A stretch of DNA of 64,000 nt from Gemmatimonadales bacterium (GTDB lineage: Bacteria; Gemmatimonadota; Gemmatimonadetes; Gemmatimonadales; GWC2-71-9): NCBI GenBank assembly GCA_041615815.1, contig JBFJCP010000007.1, positions 64,001 through 128,000 of the forward strand. The letters run 5' to 3'. The notes below the pieces were generated by a model, which had not been told where the DNA came from, did not search any database, and saw only the letters and a list, made by a program, of their open reading frames with translations. Each line of letters opens with the position of its first letter. Positions within the stretch are counted from its first letter, which is position 1. Shown here one piece after another: positions 10,131 to 19,759 of this stretch. Made by a program: the position numbers and the translations under genes.

Positions 10131-11240
10131 ATGTCCGTGCCTGAAGTCCTGGTCGTCGGTGGGGGGGTCGTGGGTGCCGCCTGTGCCCGAGCGCTGGCAC
10201 ACCGCGGCGTGACGGTGATGGTCGTGGATGCCGGTCCCAAGTCCGGCGTGGCGACACAGGCAGCCGCGGGAATGCTCGCACCGTTTGCGGAGGCCATCTC
10301 CGAGGACCCCCTGCTCTCGCTCACGGTCCGTGCGCGCGATTGGTATCGGGACGTGGCGCAGGCACTTTGGGAGGAGACGGGGATCGACATTGGGCTCTGG
10401 ACGGACGGTATTCTCCAGATCGCGTTCACCGACGCCGAAGCCGCTGAGGCCAAGAACGCGATCGCCTGGCAGCGGCAGAGCGGATTCGCCGCCGATTGGC
10501 TTTCGGCAGAGGACCTCCGAGAGCGCGTACCGGGAATTGCCGAGGACGCCATGGGGGCCGTGCTGGCGCCAGAGGACGGGGCATTGGAACCGATTCCCCT
10601 CCTCGCCGCGCTCTTGGACAGCGCCGAGGCTCGGGGGGCGCGCCTGGTCAAGGGTGAACGGGTGGAAGAGGTGTTGTTTGCGAACGGGAAGGTCAGCGGC
10701 GTCCGCACGACCGCCGAGCGACGGTCCTGTGCGCATCTGATCCTGGCCGCGGGATGCTGGACCGGCCGAATCGGCGGCTTGCCCCGGCCCGTATCGGTGG
10801 AACCCATCCGCGGTCAAATGGTGGCTCTCCCCTGGCCCAACGGTGAGCCACCGGCGGTCGTGTATGGCGCGGGTGGCTACGTCGTCTACCGAGGGGGAGA
10901 AGCGATCGCGGGGTCCACCATGGAGCACGTCGGCTTCGACACCTCGGTCACACCTGAAGGCGTGCGTCGCATCCTCCAGTCCGCCAGACGGATCTATCCG
11001 GCGCTTGCTGACGCGGAGGTGCTCCGCTCCTGGGCTGGGCTCCGACCCGGTACACCGGACGGACGGCCCATGCTGGGCAGAGATCCGGAGATCCCCAACC
11101 TCTGGTACGCCACCGGGCACGGCCGAAACGGGATCCTCCTGGCAGGTCTCACCGGAGAAATCCTGGGGCGGCTTTTCTTGGGCGAGACGGTGGAACACGA
11201 TCTCGAACCCCTCGACCCCGGGCGCTTCTGGACCGCCTGA
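10131..11240 (+). CDS. thiO: Glycine oxidase ThiO-like FAD-dependent oxidoreductase
   Basis: GGGVVG FAD motif, AAAGMLAP, WAGLRPGTPD, GHGRNGILL. Confidence 0.8.
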   Translation: MSVPEVLVVGGGVVGAACARALAHRGVTVMVVDAGPKSGVATQAAAGMLAPFAEAISEDPLLSLTVRARDWYRDVAQALWEETGIDIGLWTDGILQIAFTDAEAAEAKNAIAWQRQSGFAADWLSAEDLRERVPGIAEDAMGAVLAPEDGALEPIPLLAALLDSAEARGARLVKGERVEEVLFANGKVSGVRTTAERRSCAHLILAAGCWTGRIGGLPRPVSVEPIRGQMVALPWPNGEPPAVVYGAGGYVVYRGGEAIAGSTMEHVGFDTSVTPEGVRRILQSARRIYPALADAEVLRSWAGLRPGTPDGRPMLGRDPEIPNLWYATGHGRNGILLAGLTGEILGRLFLGETVEHDLEPLDPGRFWTA

Positions 11241-11340
11241 GCGTCCCCATCCAGGGAACAACGACCGTGCACCCGCGTTTCAACCAAACGGGTGAACGAT
11301 GCTGGTTTCCCCCCTACCCAGTGGCTATGTTTCCACCCCC

Positions 11341-12243
11341 ATGGACTTGGTGCAGCTGACGTCCCGCCGCGCAGATACCGCGCCCCAACGCAAACCCCCG
11401 TGGCTCAAGGTCAAGGCTCCGGGCGGTCCGAACTACGCCGACATCAAGGGGCTGATGCGGGAGCTGAGCCTGCACACCGTCTGCGAAGAAGCCCATTGTC
11501 CCAACATCGGTGAATGTTGGGAGCATCGGGCGGCAACATTCATGATCCTCGGCGATGTGTGCACGAGGAACTGCGCGTACTGTGCGGTGGCCCACGGCAC
11601 GCCGGCCCCGTACGATCCCGGGGAACCGCGCCGGCTCGCCGACGCCGTGGCAGCAATGGGGCTCCAGCACGTGGTCATCACGAGCGTGGATCGGGACGAT
11701 CTGCCCAACGGCGGCTCGGAGATCTTTGCGGGGTGCGTGGCTGAAATACGCGCGCGCCTGCCCGAGGCCTCGATCGAGTTGCTTATCCCGGACTTCAAGG
11801 GTTCCGACACCGCACTCCGTCTCGTCGTGGAGGCCGGTCCGAACATCCTGAATCACAATCTCGAGACCATTCAGCGACTGTACCGCATTGCCCGGCCGGG
11901 CGGCCGATACGACCGTGCCCTGCGACTCTTGCGGCGGGCAAAGGAGATGAATCCCGAACTCCTTACCAAGTCAGGCATCATGTGCGGACTCGGCGAGGAG
12001 TGGGATGAGCTCTTGGTGTCGATGCGCGACGTGCGGGATCAGGGAGTCGACATCCTCACCCTCGGACAGTATCTGCGGCCCTCGCGCGATCATCTTCCCG
12101 TCAGCCGGTACTACACCCCGGCGGAATTTGCGCAGTTGCGTGAGCACGGCCGCGGTCTGGGGTACGCCCATGTGGAAGCTGGCCCCCTGGTCCGCTCGTC
12201 GTACCACGCGTGGGAACAGGTCCAACGGGCGGCTGCGCTCTAA
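11341..12243 (+). CDS. lipA: Lipoyl synthase
   Basis: CEEAHCPNIGEC and CTRNCAYC cluster motifs, RSSYHA; alternative start at 11299. Confidence 0.97.
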   Translation: MDLVQLTSRRADTAPQRKPPWLKVKAPGGPNYADIKGLMRELSLHTVCEEAHCPNIGECWEHRAATFMILGDVCTRNCAYCAVAHGTPAPYDPGEPRRLADAVAAMGLQHVVITSVDRDDLPNGGSEIFAGCVAEIRARLPEASIELLIPDFKGSDTALRLVVEAGPNILNHNLETIQRLYRIARPGGRYDRALRLLRRAKEMNPELLTKSGIMCGLGEEWDELLVSMRDVRDQGVDILTLGQYLRPSRDHLPVSRYYTPAEFAQLREHGRGLGYAHVEAGPLVRSSYHAWEQVQRAAAL

Positions 12244-12248
12244 CCGCA

Positions 12249-13247
12249 ATGGCTCAACCAGCGACCTATTCGGCACTCGATGCGGAGCGGGGCGATTTCT
12301 ATCTCCACCTTCTCCGCCAGATGGTCTTGATTCGTCGCTTCGAAGAGCGCGCGGGCGAGGCGTATGCCCAGGGCAAGATCGGCGGGTTCTGTCATTTGTA
12401 TATCGGACAGGAAGCGGTGGCGGTGGGCGCCATCGCCGCCCTGGGACCAGCGGACTACATCTTTACCAGCTATCGGGAGCATGCGCACGCCCTGGCGCGA
12501 GGCATGACGCCGCGCGCCGCCATGGCGGAGCTCTTCGGCAAGGTCACTGGCTGCTCCAAGGGCAAAGGTGGTTCGATGCACCTCTTCGACGTGTCCACGG
12601 GGTTCCTCGGTGGGCATGCGATCGTGGGTGCCCACCTGCCCCTGGCGGCCGGCGCCGCGTTTGCCGCAAAGTATCGCGGATCGGATCAGGTGACTGTCTG
12701 CTTCTTCGGCGAGGCCGCCGTGAACATCGGGGCGTTTCACGAGACCCTGAACATGGCCGCCCTCTGGAAGCTGCCGGTGATCTTTTTGTGCGAGAACAAC
12801 CGGTACGGCATGGGAACGGCCCTGGAGCGAGCCTCGGCGGTGTACGACATCTCGCAACGCGCCTGCTCGTACGACATGGCTTCGGAAATCGCGGACGGCA
12901 TGGACGTCCTCGCCATGTACGACGTCACGCACCGCGCGGTGGATCGGGCGAGGACCGAGGGTCTGCCGACACTCATCGAGGCTCGGACCTATCGCTATAT
13001 GGGACACTCGATGGCTGATCCTATTCACGGGCATTATCGCACCAAGGAAGAGTTGGAGGAACAGAAACAGCGGGATCCCATCGAGAGTTTCAAAGCTCGC
13101 CTGTTGGATGAAGGGCTGCTGGACGGCGAGACCTATGATCAGATGGAGTCCGTGATCGCCGACGACGTGGACGATTCCATCCGCTTCTCCGAGGAGAGCC
13201 CCGACCCGGATCCCGACGAACTCTTTCGCGACGTTTACCGCGACTGA
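12249..13247 (+). CDS. pdhA: Pyruvate dehydrogenase E1 alpha subunit
   Basis: GFCHLYIGQEA, KGKGGSMH, TPP motif FGEAA...ENN, RYMGHSMAD. Confidence 0.95.
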   Translation: MAQPATYSALDAERGDFYLHLLRQMVLIRRFEERAGEAYAQGKIGGFCHLYIGQEAVAVGAIAALGPADYIFTSYREHAHALARGMTPRAAMAELFGKVTGCSKGKGGSMHLFDVSTGFLGGHAIVGAHLPLAAGAAFAAKYRGSDQVTVCFFGEAAVNIGAFHETLNMAALWKLPVIFLCENNRYGMGTALERASAVYDISQRACSYDMASEIADGMDVLAMYDVTHRAVDRARTEGLPTLIEARTYRYMGHSMADPIHGHYRTKEELEEQKQRDPIESFKARLLDEGLLDGETYDQMESVIADDVDDSIRFSEESPDPDPDELFRDVYRD

Positions 13248-14230
13248 TGCCCACGATCACCTACCGCGACGCTCTGAATCAGGCGCTTCGGGAGGAGATG
13301 GAGCGCGACCCCAACGTGTTTCTCATGGGGGAAGAGGTGGGTGTGTATCAGGGCGCGTACAAGGTGAGCCGGGGACTCTTGGAGAAGTTTGGCGAGCAGC
13401 GGGTCGTCGATACCCCCATTGCCGAGCTCGGGTTTGCCGGCGTGGGGGTGGGTGCCGCCATGGTGGGGCTTCGTCCCATCATCGAGTTCATGACCTGGAA
13501 CTTCGCGCTCCTCGCCATTGACGAGGTCGTGAACGCCGCCGCCAAGATGCTGTATATGTCCGGAGGACAAATCCCCATTCCGATCGTATTCCGGGGACCC
13601 GGTGGCGCGGCCCTGCAGCTCGCGGCTCAACACTCGCAGGCCTTCGAGTCGTGGTATGCGCACGTGCCCGGTCTCAAAGTGGTGGCACCTGCCACCCCCT
13701 ACGACGCCAAGGGTCTCCTCAAGTCCGCTGTCCGTGACGACAACCCGGTGATGTTTCTCGAAGGCGAGATGCTCTACAACACCAAAGGCGACGTGCCCGA
13801 CGACGAGTATACCATCCCGTTGGGAGAGGCCGATGTGAAGCGGGAAGGCTCTGACGTAACCCTCATCGTGCACTCGAAGACCGTAGCCGTTGCCCTCAAG
13901 GCCGCCGATCGGCTCGCCAAGGAACTCGACGTCTCGGCGGAGATTGTCGATCTCCGGACCATTCGCCCCCTCGACACGGCGGCGATTGCGCAGAGCGTCC
14001 AGAAGACCAACCGATGTGTGGTGGTCGAGGAGGGTTGGCCGTTCTGCGGGATCGGTGCTCAGGTAGCCTTCGAGATCCAACGCGACGCTTTTGATCATCT
14101 CGACGCACCGGTCCTTCGCGTGACCGGTGCGGACGTGCCTATGCCGTATAACAAGAAGTTAGAACGTTCCGCGAAGCCGAGTCCGGACGCCGTCATCGAC
14201 GCCGTCAAGCAGGTCACCTACCTCGACTGA
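13247..14230 (+). CDS. pdhB: Pyruvate dehydrogenase E1 beta subunit
   Basis: GEEVGVYQGAYKV, DTPIAE, AAQHSQ. Confidence 0.95.
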   Translation: MPTITYRDALNQALREEMERDPNVFLMGEEVGVYQGAYKVSRGLLEKFGEQRVVDTPIAELGFAGVGVGAAMVGLRPIIEFMTWNFALLAIDEVVNAAAKMLYMSGGQIPIPIVFRGPGGAALQLAAQHSQAFESWYAHVPGLKVVAPATPYDAKGLLKSAVRDDNPVMFLEGEMLYNTKGDVPDDEYTIPLGEADVKREGSDVTLIVHSKTVAVALKAADRLAKELDVSAEIVDLRTIRPLDTAAIAQSVQKTNRCVVVEEGWPFCGIGAQVAFEIQRDAFDHLDAPVLRVTGADVPMPYNKKLERSAKPSPDAVIDAVKQVTYLD

Positions 14231-14242
14231 CCACGACACCTC

Positions 14243-15523
14243 ATGGCGACCAGAGTATTCATGGAAGCGCTCTCTCCCACCATGGAAGAGGGTAAGGTCG
14301 TGTCATGGCTGAAGCAGGAGGGTGAGGGGGTCAAGACCGGCGATGTCTTGGCGGAGGTCGAGACTGACAAGGCGGTGATGGAGCTCCAGGCACGTGGCGA
14401 CGGTGTGCTACGAAAGATCGTCGCCGAGGAAGGCGCCACCGTCGAGGTTGGCAGCTTGGTGGCCGTTATCGCGGCGCCCGACGAGGACATCGACGCGCTC
14501 CTCGAGGAGGGAGCGGGGAGCGGCGAGCGGGAACCGGGCAGGCAGGAGCAGGAAGCGGAGGGTGAGCAGCGGGCGGGAGCACCTACCGCAACCGTGGCAC
14601 CTCCGGTTCGAACACCGGGTCAGCCATCACCGCCCCCGGCTCGCCCCGCTCCACTTCCCGAAACGGCCGACGGCGCACGGATCAAAGCATCTCCGCTTGC
14701 GCGCCGGGTCGCTGCGGAACGCGGCATTGACCTCAAAATCGTCCAGGGTTCGGGTCCCGGAGGCCGGATCGTGCTCCGAGACGTCGAAGCGGCACAGGCG
14801 GAGCCACCCGTGCCCCCACCGGCCTTGGCGTTGCGTGACGAGGGGTTCGAGGACGCGAAGCTCTCGCAGATGCGAAAGACGATCGCCCGCCGTCTGGTCG
14901 AGTCCATCGGTCCGATCCCACACTTCTTCTTGACGACCGAAGTGGACATGGAACGGACGGCCGAGGCGCGCCAAGCACTGAACGCGCTCGGCGAGGAACC
15001 GCGCATCTCCTTCAACGATATCATCATGAAAGTCATCGCCGCCTCGCTTCGCGAGCATCGCGACTGCAACGCCTGGTGGCAAGAAGATCATATTCGGTAC
15101 TTCAACGAGGTCCACCTCGGGATGGCAGTCGCCATCGATGAAGGGCTCATCACCCCCGTCATTCGGCACGCGCACCAAAAGACTCTGCGGCAGATCGCCG
15201 TAGAAGCGCGCGCACTCGCCGAACGCGCGCGCGTGCGCAAACTGAAGCCGGAGGAGTACACGGGCGCAACGTTCTCGGTGTCCAATCTAGGCATGCTGGA
15301 CATCGACCAATTCACCGCCGTCATCAATCCTCCAGAAGCCGGCATCGTGGCCATCGGGAGCATTACCGAGAAGCCGGTCGTAGTGGATGGGGCGGTGGTG
15401 GTGCGCAAGCGCATGCGGATGACCATGAGCTGTGACCATCGAGTCATCGATGGCGCAACCGGAGCCCGATTCCTCCAGACCGTGCGTCGCATGCTGGAGA
15501 ATCCACTAGCGATCGTCTGGTAG
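14243..15523 (+). CDS. pdhC: Pyruvate dehydrogenase E2 dihydrolipoamide acetyltransferase
   Basis: Lipoyl domain ETDKA, E3-binding ASPLARR...GSGPGGRI, catalytic DHRVIDG. Confidence 0.95.
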   Translation: MATRVFMEALSPTMEEGKVVSWLKQEGEGVKTGDVLAEVETDKAVMELQARGDGVLRKIVAEEGATVEVGSLVAVIAAPDEDIDALLEEGAGSGEREPGRQEQEAEGEQRAGAPTATVAPPVRTPGQPSPPPARPAPLPETADGARIKASPLARRVAAERGIDLKIVQGSGPGGRIVLRDVEAAQAEPPVPPPALALRDEGFEDAKLSQMRKTIARRLVESIGPIPHFFLTTEVDMERTAEARQALNALGEEPRISFNDIIMKVIAASLREHRDCNAWWQEDHIRYFNEVHLGMAVAIDEGLITPVIRHAHQKTLRQIAVEARALAERARVRKLKPEEYTGATFSVSNLGMLDIDQFTAVINPPEAGIVAIGSITEKPVVVDGAVVVRKRMRMTMSCDHRVIDGATGARFLQTVRRMLENPLAIVW

Positions 15524-15662
15524 ACGGGGACCCATCCCGCCGATCCCGCCTATGTTGTCCGCTACCTCGGTGCGGTGACCGGAACATTCAACGACGTGAA
15601 CGTGAAGATCGGCGGGGACGGGTAGCAGCAAGAGATCAACTCTCAAACTCAGGGATCCAAAC

Positions 15663-17057
15663 GTGGCCAACAACTACGACGTGATTGTGCTTGGCGGCGG
15701 CCCCGCCGGATACGTATGCGCGATCCGGGCCGCTCAGCTCGGTCTCTCCACTGCCGTGGTCGAACGAGACAAGCTGGGAGGTGTGTGCGTGAACGTCGGA
15801 TGCATTCCGAGTAAGGCTCTGCTGCATTCCGCCTATGTCGCAAACCTCCTGAATCACGACGCCGAACAGCTCGGCGTGACGGCAAAGGACGTGTCCCTCG
15901 ATCTCGGACGCGCCGTCAAACACTCACGTCAGGTGAGCGAGCAGAACTCGAAGGGCGTCGAGTTCCTGATGAAGAAGAACAAGGTGACGGTCCTCGCCGG
16001 CACGGGGGTCCTGCAGACGGGCCGCAACATCAAGGTTGGGAACGAGACATACCACGCGACCAAGGCACTCGTGATCGCCACCGGCACGCGGGTGAAGGGA
16101 CTTCCCCAGGCGGGCCTCGAGCTCAACAAAACCACCGTGATCTCCTCGGATGAGGCACTCTTCCTCGGTTCCGCACCCGCGTCGCTCGCCGTTGTCGGTG
16201 CCGGGGCCGTAGGCGTGGAGTTCGCGGACATCTTCAATGCGTTCGGCAGCAAGGTCACCCTCATCGAAGTTCTGCCACGCATACTTCCGGTGGAGGACGC
16301 CGAGGCGTCCGCCACGCTCACCAAGATCTACAAGAAGCGCGGCATCGACGTGATGGCCGGCGCAAAGGTCAAGAGCGCCAAGGTGAAGCCAAAGGGCGTG
16401 GCGCTGGAGATCGAGAGCGATGGGAAGACGCAGAAGCTGGAAGTCGAGAAGGTGCTCATGGCAGCCGGCCGGGCCCTCAACGTCGACAATATGGGCTTCG
16501 ACGCCGCCGGCGTTGGACTGGATGACCGTGGATTCGTCAAAGTTGATGACCAGCTCCGCACCACCGCTGACGGTATCTTCTGCATCGGCGACGTGGCGGG
16601 CCCACCCATGCTCGCTCACAAAGGGAGTCGGGATGGGGTCTTCGTCGCCGAACTCATCGCCGGGAAGCGACCCCATGCTATCAAGTACGATAACATTCCT
16701 AGCGTCACGTACTGCCACCCAGAGGTCGCGAGTATCGGGCTCACCGAGGAGCAATGCAAAGCGAAGAAGCTCGACTTCGTAGTCGGGAAGTTCGCCCTGA
16801 GCAACAACGGGCGTGCCCGCGCTGCCATGGAAACCGACGGATTCGTCAAGATCCTGCGCGATAAGCGATACGGGGAGATCCTCGGCGCCCATATCGTAGC
16901 GTCACACGCCAGCGAGCTGATTCATGAGCTCACGGTGGCGCGAGAGAACGAATACACGGTGGAAGAAGTGGACCTCGCCGTCCACGCCCATCCGACGCTT
17001 TCGGAGGCGGTGGCCGAAGCGGCGCTCGATTCGTTGGGACGGGTGATCCACGCCTAG
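15663..17057 (+). CDS. lpdA: Dihydrolipoyl dehydrogenase
   Basis: GGGPAG, GGVCVNVGCIPSK, HAHPTLSE. Confidence 0.96.
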   Translation: MANNYDVIVLGGGPAGYVCAIRAAQLGLSTAVVERDKLGGVCVNVGCIPSKALLHSAYVANLLNHDAEQLGVTAKDVSLDLGRAVKHSRQVSEQNSKGVEFLMKKNKVTVLAGTGVLQTGRNIKVGNETYHATKALVIATGTRVKGLPQAGLELNKTTVISSDEALFLGSAPASLAVVGAGAVGVEFADIFNAFGSKVTLIEVLPRILPVEDAEASATLTKIYKKRGIDVMAGAKVKSAKVKPKGVALEIESDGKTQKLEVEKVLMAAGRALNVDNMGFDAAGVGLDDRGFVKVDDQLRTTADGIFCIGDVAGPPMLAHKGSRDGVFVAELIAGKRPHAIKYDNIPSVTYCHPEVASIGLTEEQCKAKKLDFVVGKFALSNNGRARAAMETDGFVKILRDKRYGEILGAHIVASHASELIHELTVARENEYTVEEVDLAVHAHPTLSEAVAEAALDSLGRVIHA

Positions 17058-17073
17058 TACCACGCAGGACCCC

Positions 17074-17463
17074 GTGGGCACGGCGGTCGCGAGCATTGCC
17101 GCCGGCGCCACCGCCGGTGGCGCCATCATGACGATGGGTGTACTCGTGCTTCGCGTCCTCCAGACAGGGATCACGAATCCCGTCACCTTGGACGTTGGGT
17201 TCGCTGTCCTCACCGCCGCAGTCGCCGGCGGAATCATCACGGCTGTCGTGAGTGGCTGGTCGTTGGCCCGTGCCATTCACGATCCATGGCGTCGTGGCGT
17301 CATTGCCGCGCTGGCAGGATTCGGAGGAAGTGTGCTCGCGGTGTTGGCCACGCCTGCCGACGTGGCCGGTGGACGAGTGGGCCTCACGATCTACCTGCTG
17401 CTCCTCCTGGCCCTGGCTTTCGTCGCGTTTCGGGCTGCCAAACGCGCCGGTGCCCGTGAGTAG
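17074..17463 (+). CDS. Hypothetical membrane protein
   Basis: Four hydrophobic segments; sits between lpdA and lipB. Confidence 0.65.
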   Translation: MGTAVASIAAGATAGGAIMTMGVLVLRVLQTGITNPVTLDVGFAVLTAAVAGGIITAVVSGWSLARAIHDPWRRGVIAALAGFGGSVLAVLATPADVAGGRVGLTIYLLLLLALAFVAFRAAKRAGARE

Positions 17464-18145
17464 GCAGCTCGCGGTGATCGGGCTCGGCCGTATGGACTAC
17501 GGCGAGGCCCTCGAGCTGCAGCGTTCGCTCGCCCGGGCGCGGATCGCAAAGACCCAACCGCAGGATCTGCTTCTGCTCGTGGAACACCCCCCAGTCGTCA
17601 CTCTCGGCCGCACATTTCGCCCGCAACATCTTTCCACGCCGCACGACGCCCTTGCCGCGCGAGGGGTGGAAGTGTTCGAGATCGAACGCGGTGGCGATGT
17701 GACGTATCACGGCCCCGGGCAACTCGTGGGGTACCCTATCTTCGACCTCACCGAGCACAAACAGGATCTGCACTGGTTTCTGCGGCAGATCGAACAGGGC
17801 ATCATCCTTGCCCTCGACCACCTCGGACTTTCGGCCCGCCGCAACGCCCCGCATACCGGTGTGTGGATCGAGAATCGCAAGATCGCGAGCATCGGGATCC
17901 ACGTGAAACAATGGGTCACGTGGCACGGTTTTGCGCTCAACGTCACGACCGATCTCAGTTACTTCGATCTCATGATCCCGTGTGGGATTCCCGAAGTCGT
18001 GATGACGAGCGTGGCCCGCGAGCTAGGGGAACGGACGCCGCGCGACGTGTGGGGACGCGCGCTGGAGAGTGCGGTGCTGGGGTTCGCAGAGGTGTTTGGT
18101 TTTGAACCGCAAATGATGGGGCTCGAGGAGGTACGAGGACACTGA
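17450..18145 (+). CDS. lipB: Lipoyl(octanoyl) transferase
   Basis: EHPPVVTLG, RGGDVTYHGPGQLVGY, KIASIG, HGFALNV, IPCG; GTG start at 17450 or 17456. Confidence 0.95.
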   Translation: MPVSRQLAVIGLGRMDYGEALELQRSLARARIAKTQPQDLLLLVEHPPVVTLGRTFRPQHLSTPHDALAARGVEVFEIERGGDVTYHGPGQLVGYPIFDLTEHKQDLHWFLRQIEQGIILALDHLGLSARRNAPHTGVWIENRKIASIGIHVKQWVTWHGFALNVTTDLSYFDLMIPCGIPEVVMTSVARELGERTPRDVWGRALESAVLGFAEVFGFEPQMMGLEEVRGH

Positions 18146-18310
18146 GCAGCGAGAATCCAGAACGGGCTCTCCCATCCAGACTGAGGCGGCGGCTGCTCGA
18201 CACTCAACACGTGGCCATCCGCATTCCCAACTCGCGGCTCCACTTCCGGACGTTGGACAACTTGCGACTAATTGACCACGACATGCGGCACGCTGCCCCC
18301 CCGCGCCGTT

Positions 18311-19681
18311 CTATCTCCCCCCCTGCCCCATCAGCTCGAAGAAGCGCCCGAACACCCGCACGCCCTTCCAGACTTGTTGGATGTTGATCTTTTCGTTGGG
18401 CGCGTGGAGCCGGTCGTCCGGAAGGCCCACGCCGGCCAGCACGACCGCGGCGCCGCCTTTGCCGAGGGCCGGCACCACGGGTATCGATCCGCCCGAGCGC
18501 GTGGGCACGACGCCACGCCCCTCCACTTCTTGGAACGCCTTGTCGATGAGTTCGAAGACCGGCGTGCCGATATCCACGAGTACCGGGTCCGCACCGTGGA
18601 GAAACCGGACGGTGACATCGGCATAGGGCGGCGCCGCGGTGTCCACGGCGTGCATCAACTGCTCCTGCACGACCTTTTCCCGTTGATTGGGAACGAGGCG
18701 GAGGCTCACCTTGGCCGTGGCCACCGCGGGGATGACGGTCTTCGCGCCCTCGCCCATGAACCCTCCCACGATGCCGTGGATCTCAAACGTCGGGAGAGCC
18801 CAGATGCGCTCGAGCACCGAGTGTCCGGTGAGCCCCGTGAGTGCATGGCCCCTCACCTCGTGCTCGAGGAATTGCTGTTCGTCGAACGGCAACTGCTGCC
18901 AGGCTGCCTGCTCGTCCTCTCCCGGGGCTTGGACGGCGTCGTACAGTCCGGGAATGCGAATCCTGCCATCGGGAGACTTGAGCTTGGCGAGGAGCCCCAC
19001 CAGGGTTTCCAGCGCGTTCGGCGCGACACCGCCGTAGAGACCGGAGTGGAGGTCGCCCTCCAACGTGCGCACCGTGATCTCGGCGTAGCAGAGTCCGCGG
19101 AGGCCTACTTCCACGGCCGGCCATCCGGGAGCGAAGTACGGCATGTCGGCGATGAGTACTGCGTCACCGTGGACCAGCTCGGGACGGCGGCTCAAGAGAT
19201 CGAACAACACACCGCTGCCGGACTCCTCCTGCCCTTCCACCAAGAAGCGGACGTTCACCGGCGGATCACCGTCGCGCGCCACGGCTTCGAACGCCTTGAC
19301 GATCGAGAAGACCTGTCCCTTGTCGTCGGTAGCTCCGCGAGCCACGAGATCCCCGTTCCGTTCCGTTGGCTCAAACGGCGGGGTCTCCCAGAGGTCCAGC
19401 GGGTCGGCGGGTTGGACGTCATAATGCCCGTAGACGATGACCGTGGGTGCGCCAGGTACCGGGGGTCCCTCGGCTACGACGACGGGGTGCGTCTCGCTTC
19501 CCAACAGTTCGACGTGACCGCATCCGAGAGAGCGAAGATGATCAGCCAACCATTCCGCCGCCCGTTTACAGTCGGCCGCATGCTCCGGCGTCGTCGACAC
19601 ACTTGGTATGCGGAGAAATTCCTTCAATTCTCCGAGCATTCGTTTTCGCGCGGAGCGCACGAAAGGGTCGAGTCCGCTCAT
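18311..19681 (-). CDS. M20/M25/M40 family dipeptidase
   Basis: YGHYDVQP, RGATDDKG, EGQEESGS, DLHSG, HAPNE. Confidence 0.92.
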   Translation of the reverse strand: MSGLDPFVRSARKRMLGELKEFLRIPSVSTTPEHAADCKRAAEWLADHLRSLGCGHVELLGSETHPVVVAEGPPVPGAPTVIVYGHYDVQPADPLDLWETPPFEPTERNGDLVARGATDDKGQVFSIVKAFEAVARDGDPPVNVRFLVEGQEESGSGVLFDLLSRRPELVHGDAVLIADMPYFAPGWPAVEVGLRGLCYAEITVRTLEGDLHSGLYGGVAPNALETLVGLLAKLKSPDGRIRIPGLYDAVQAPGEDEQAAWQQLPFDEQQFLEHEVRGHALTGLTGHSVLERIWALPTFEIHGIVGGFMGEGAKTVIPAVATAKVSLRLVPNQREKVVQEQLMHAVDTAAPPYADVTVRFLHGADPVLVDIGTPVFELIDKAFQEVEGRGVVPTRSGGSIPVVPALGKGGAAVVLAGVGLPDDRLHAPNEKINIQQVWKGVRVFGRFFELMGQGGR

Positions 19682-19759
19682 ACGCGCTAATATACCCCAC
19701 TTGCCTGCGTTGCGTATTTTGCGAAATTGTCAGCCGTCCCCTGGTCCAAGGACTCACGC

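Noticed and set aside
10131..11240. Thiamine biosynthesis cluster or TPP riboswitch around thiO
   Set aside because: No other thi genes and no recognisable TPP aptamer upstream
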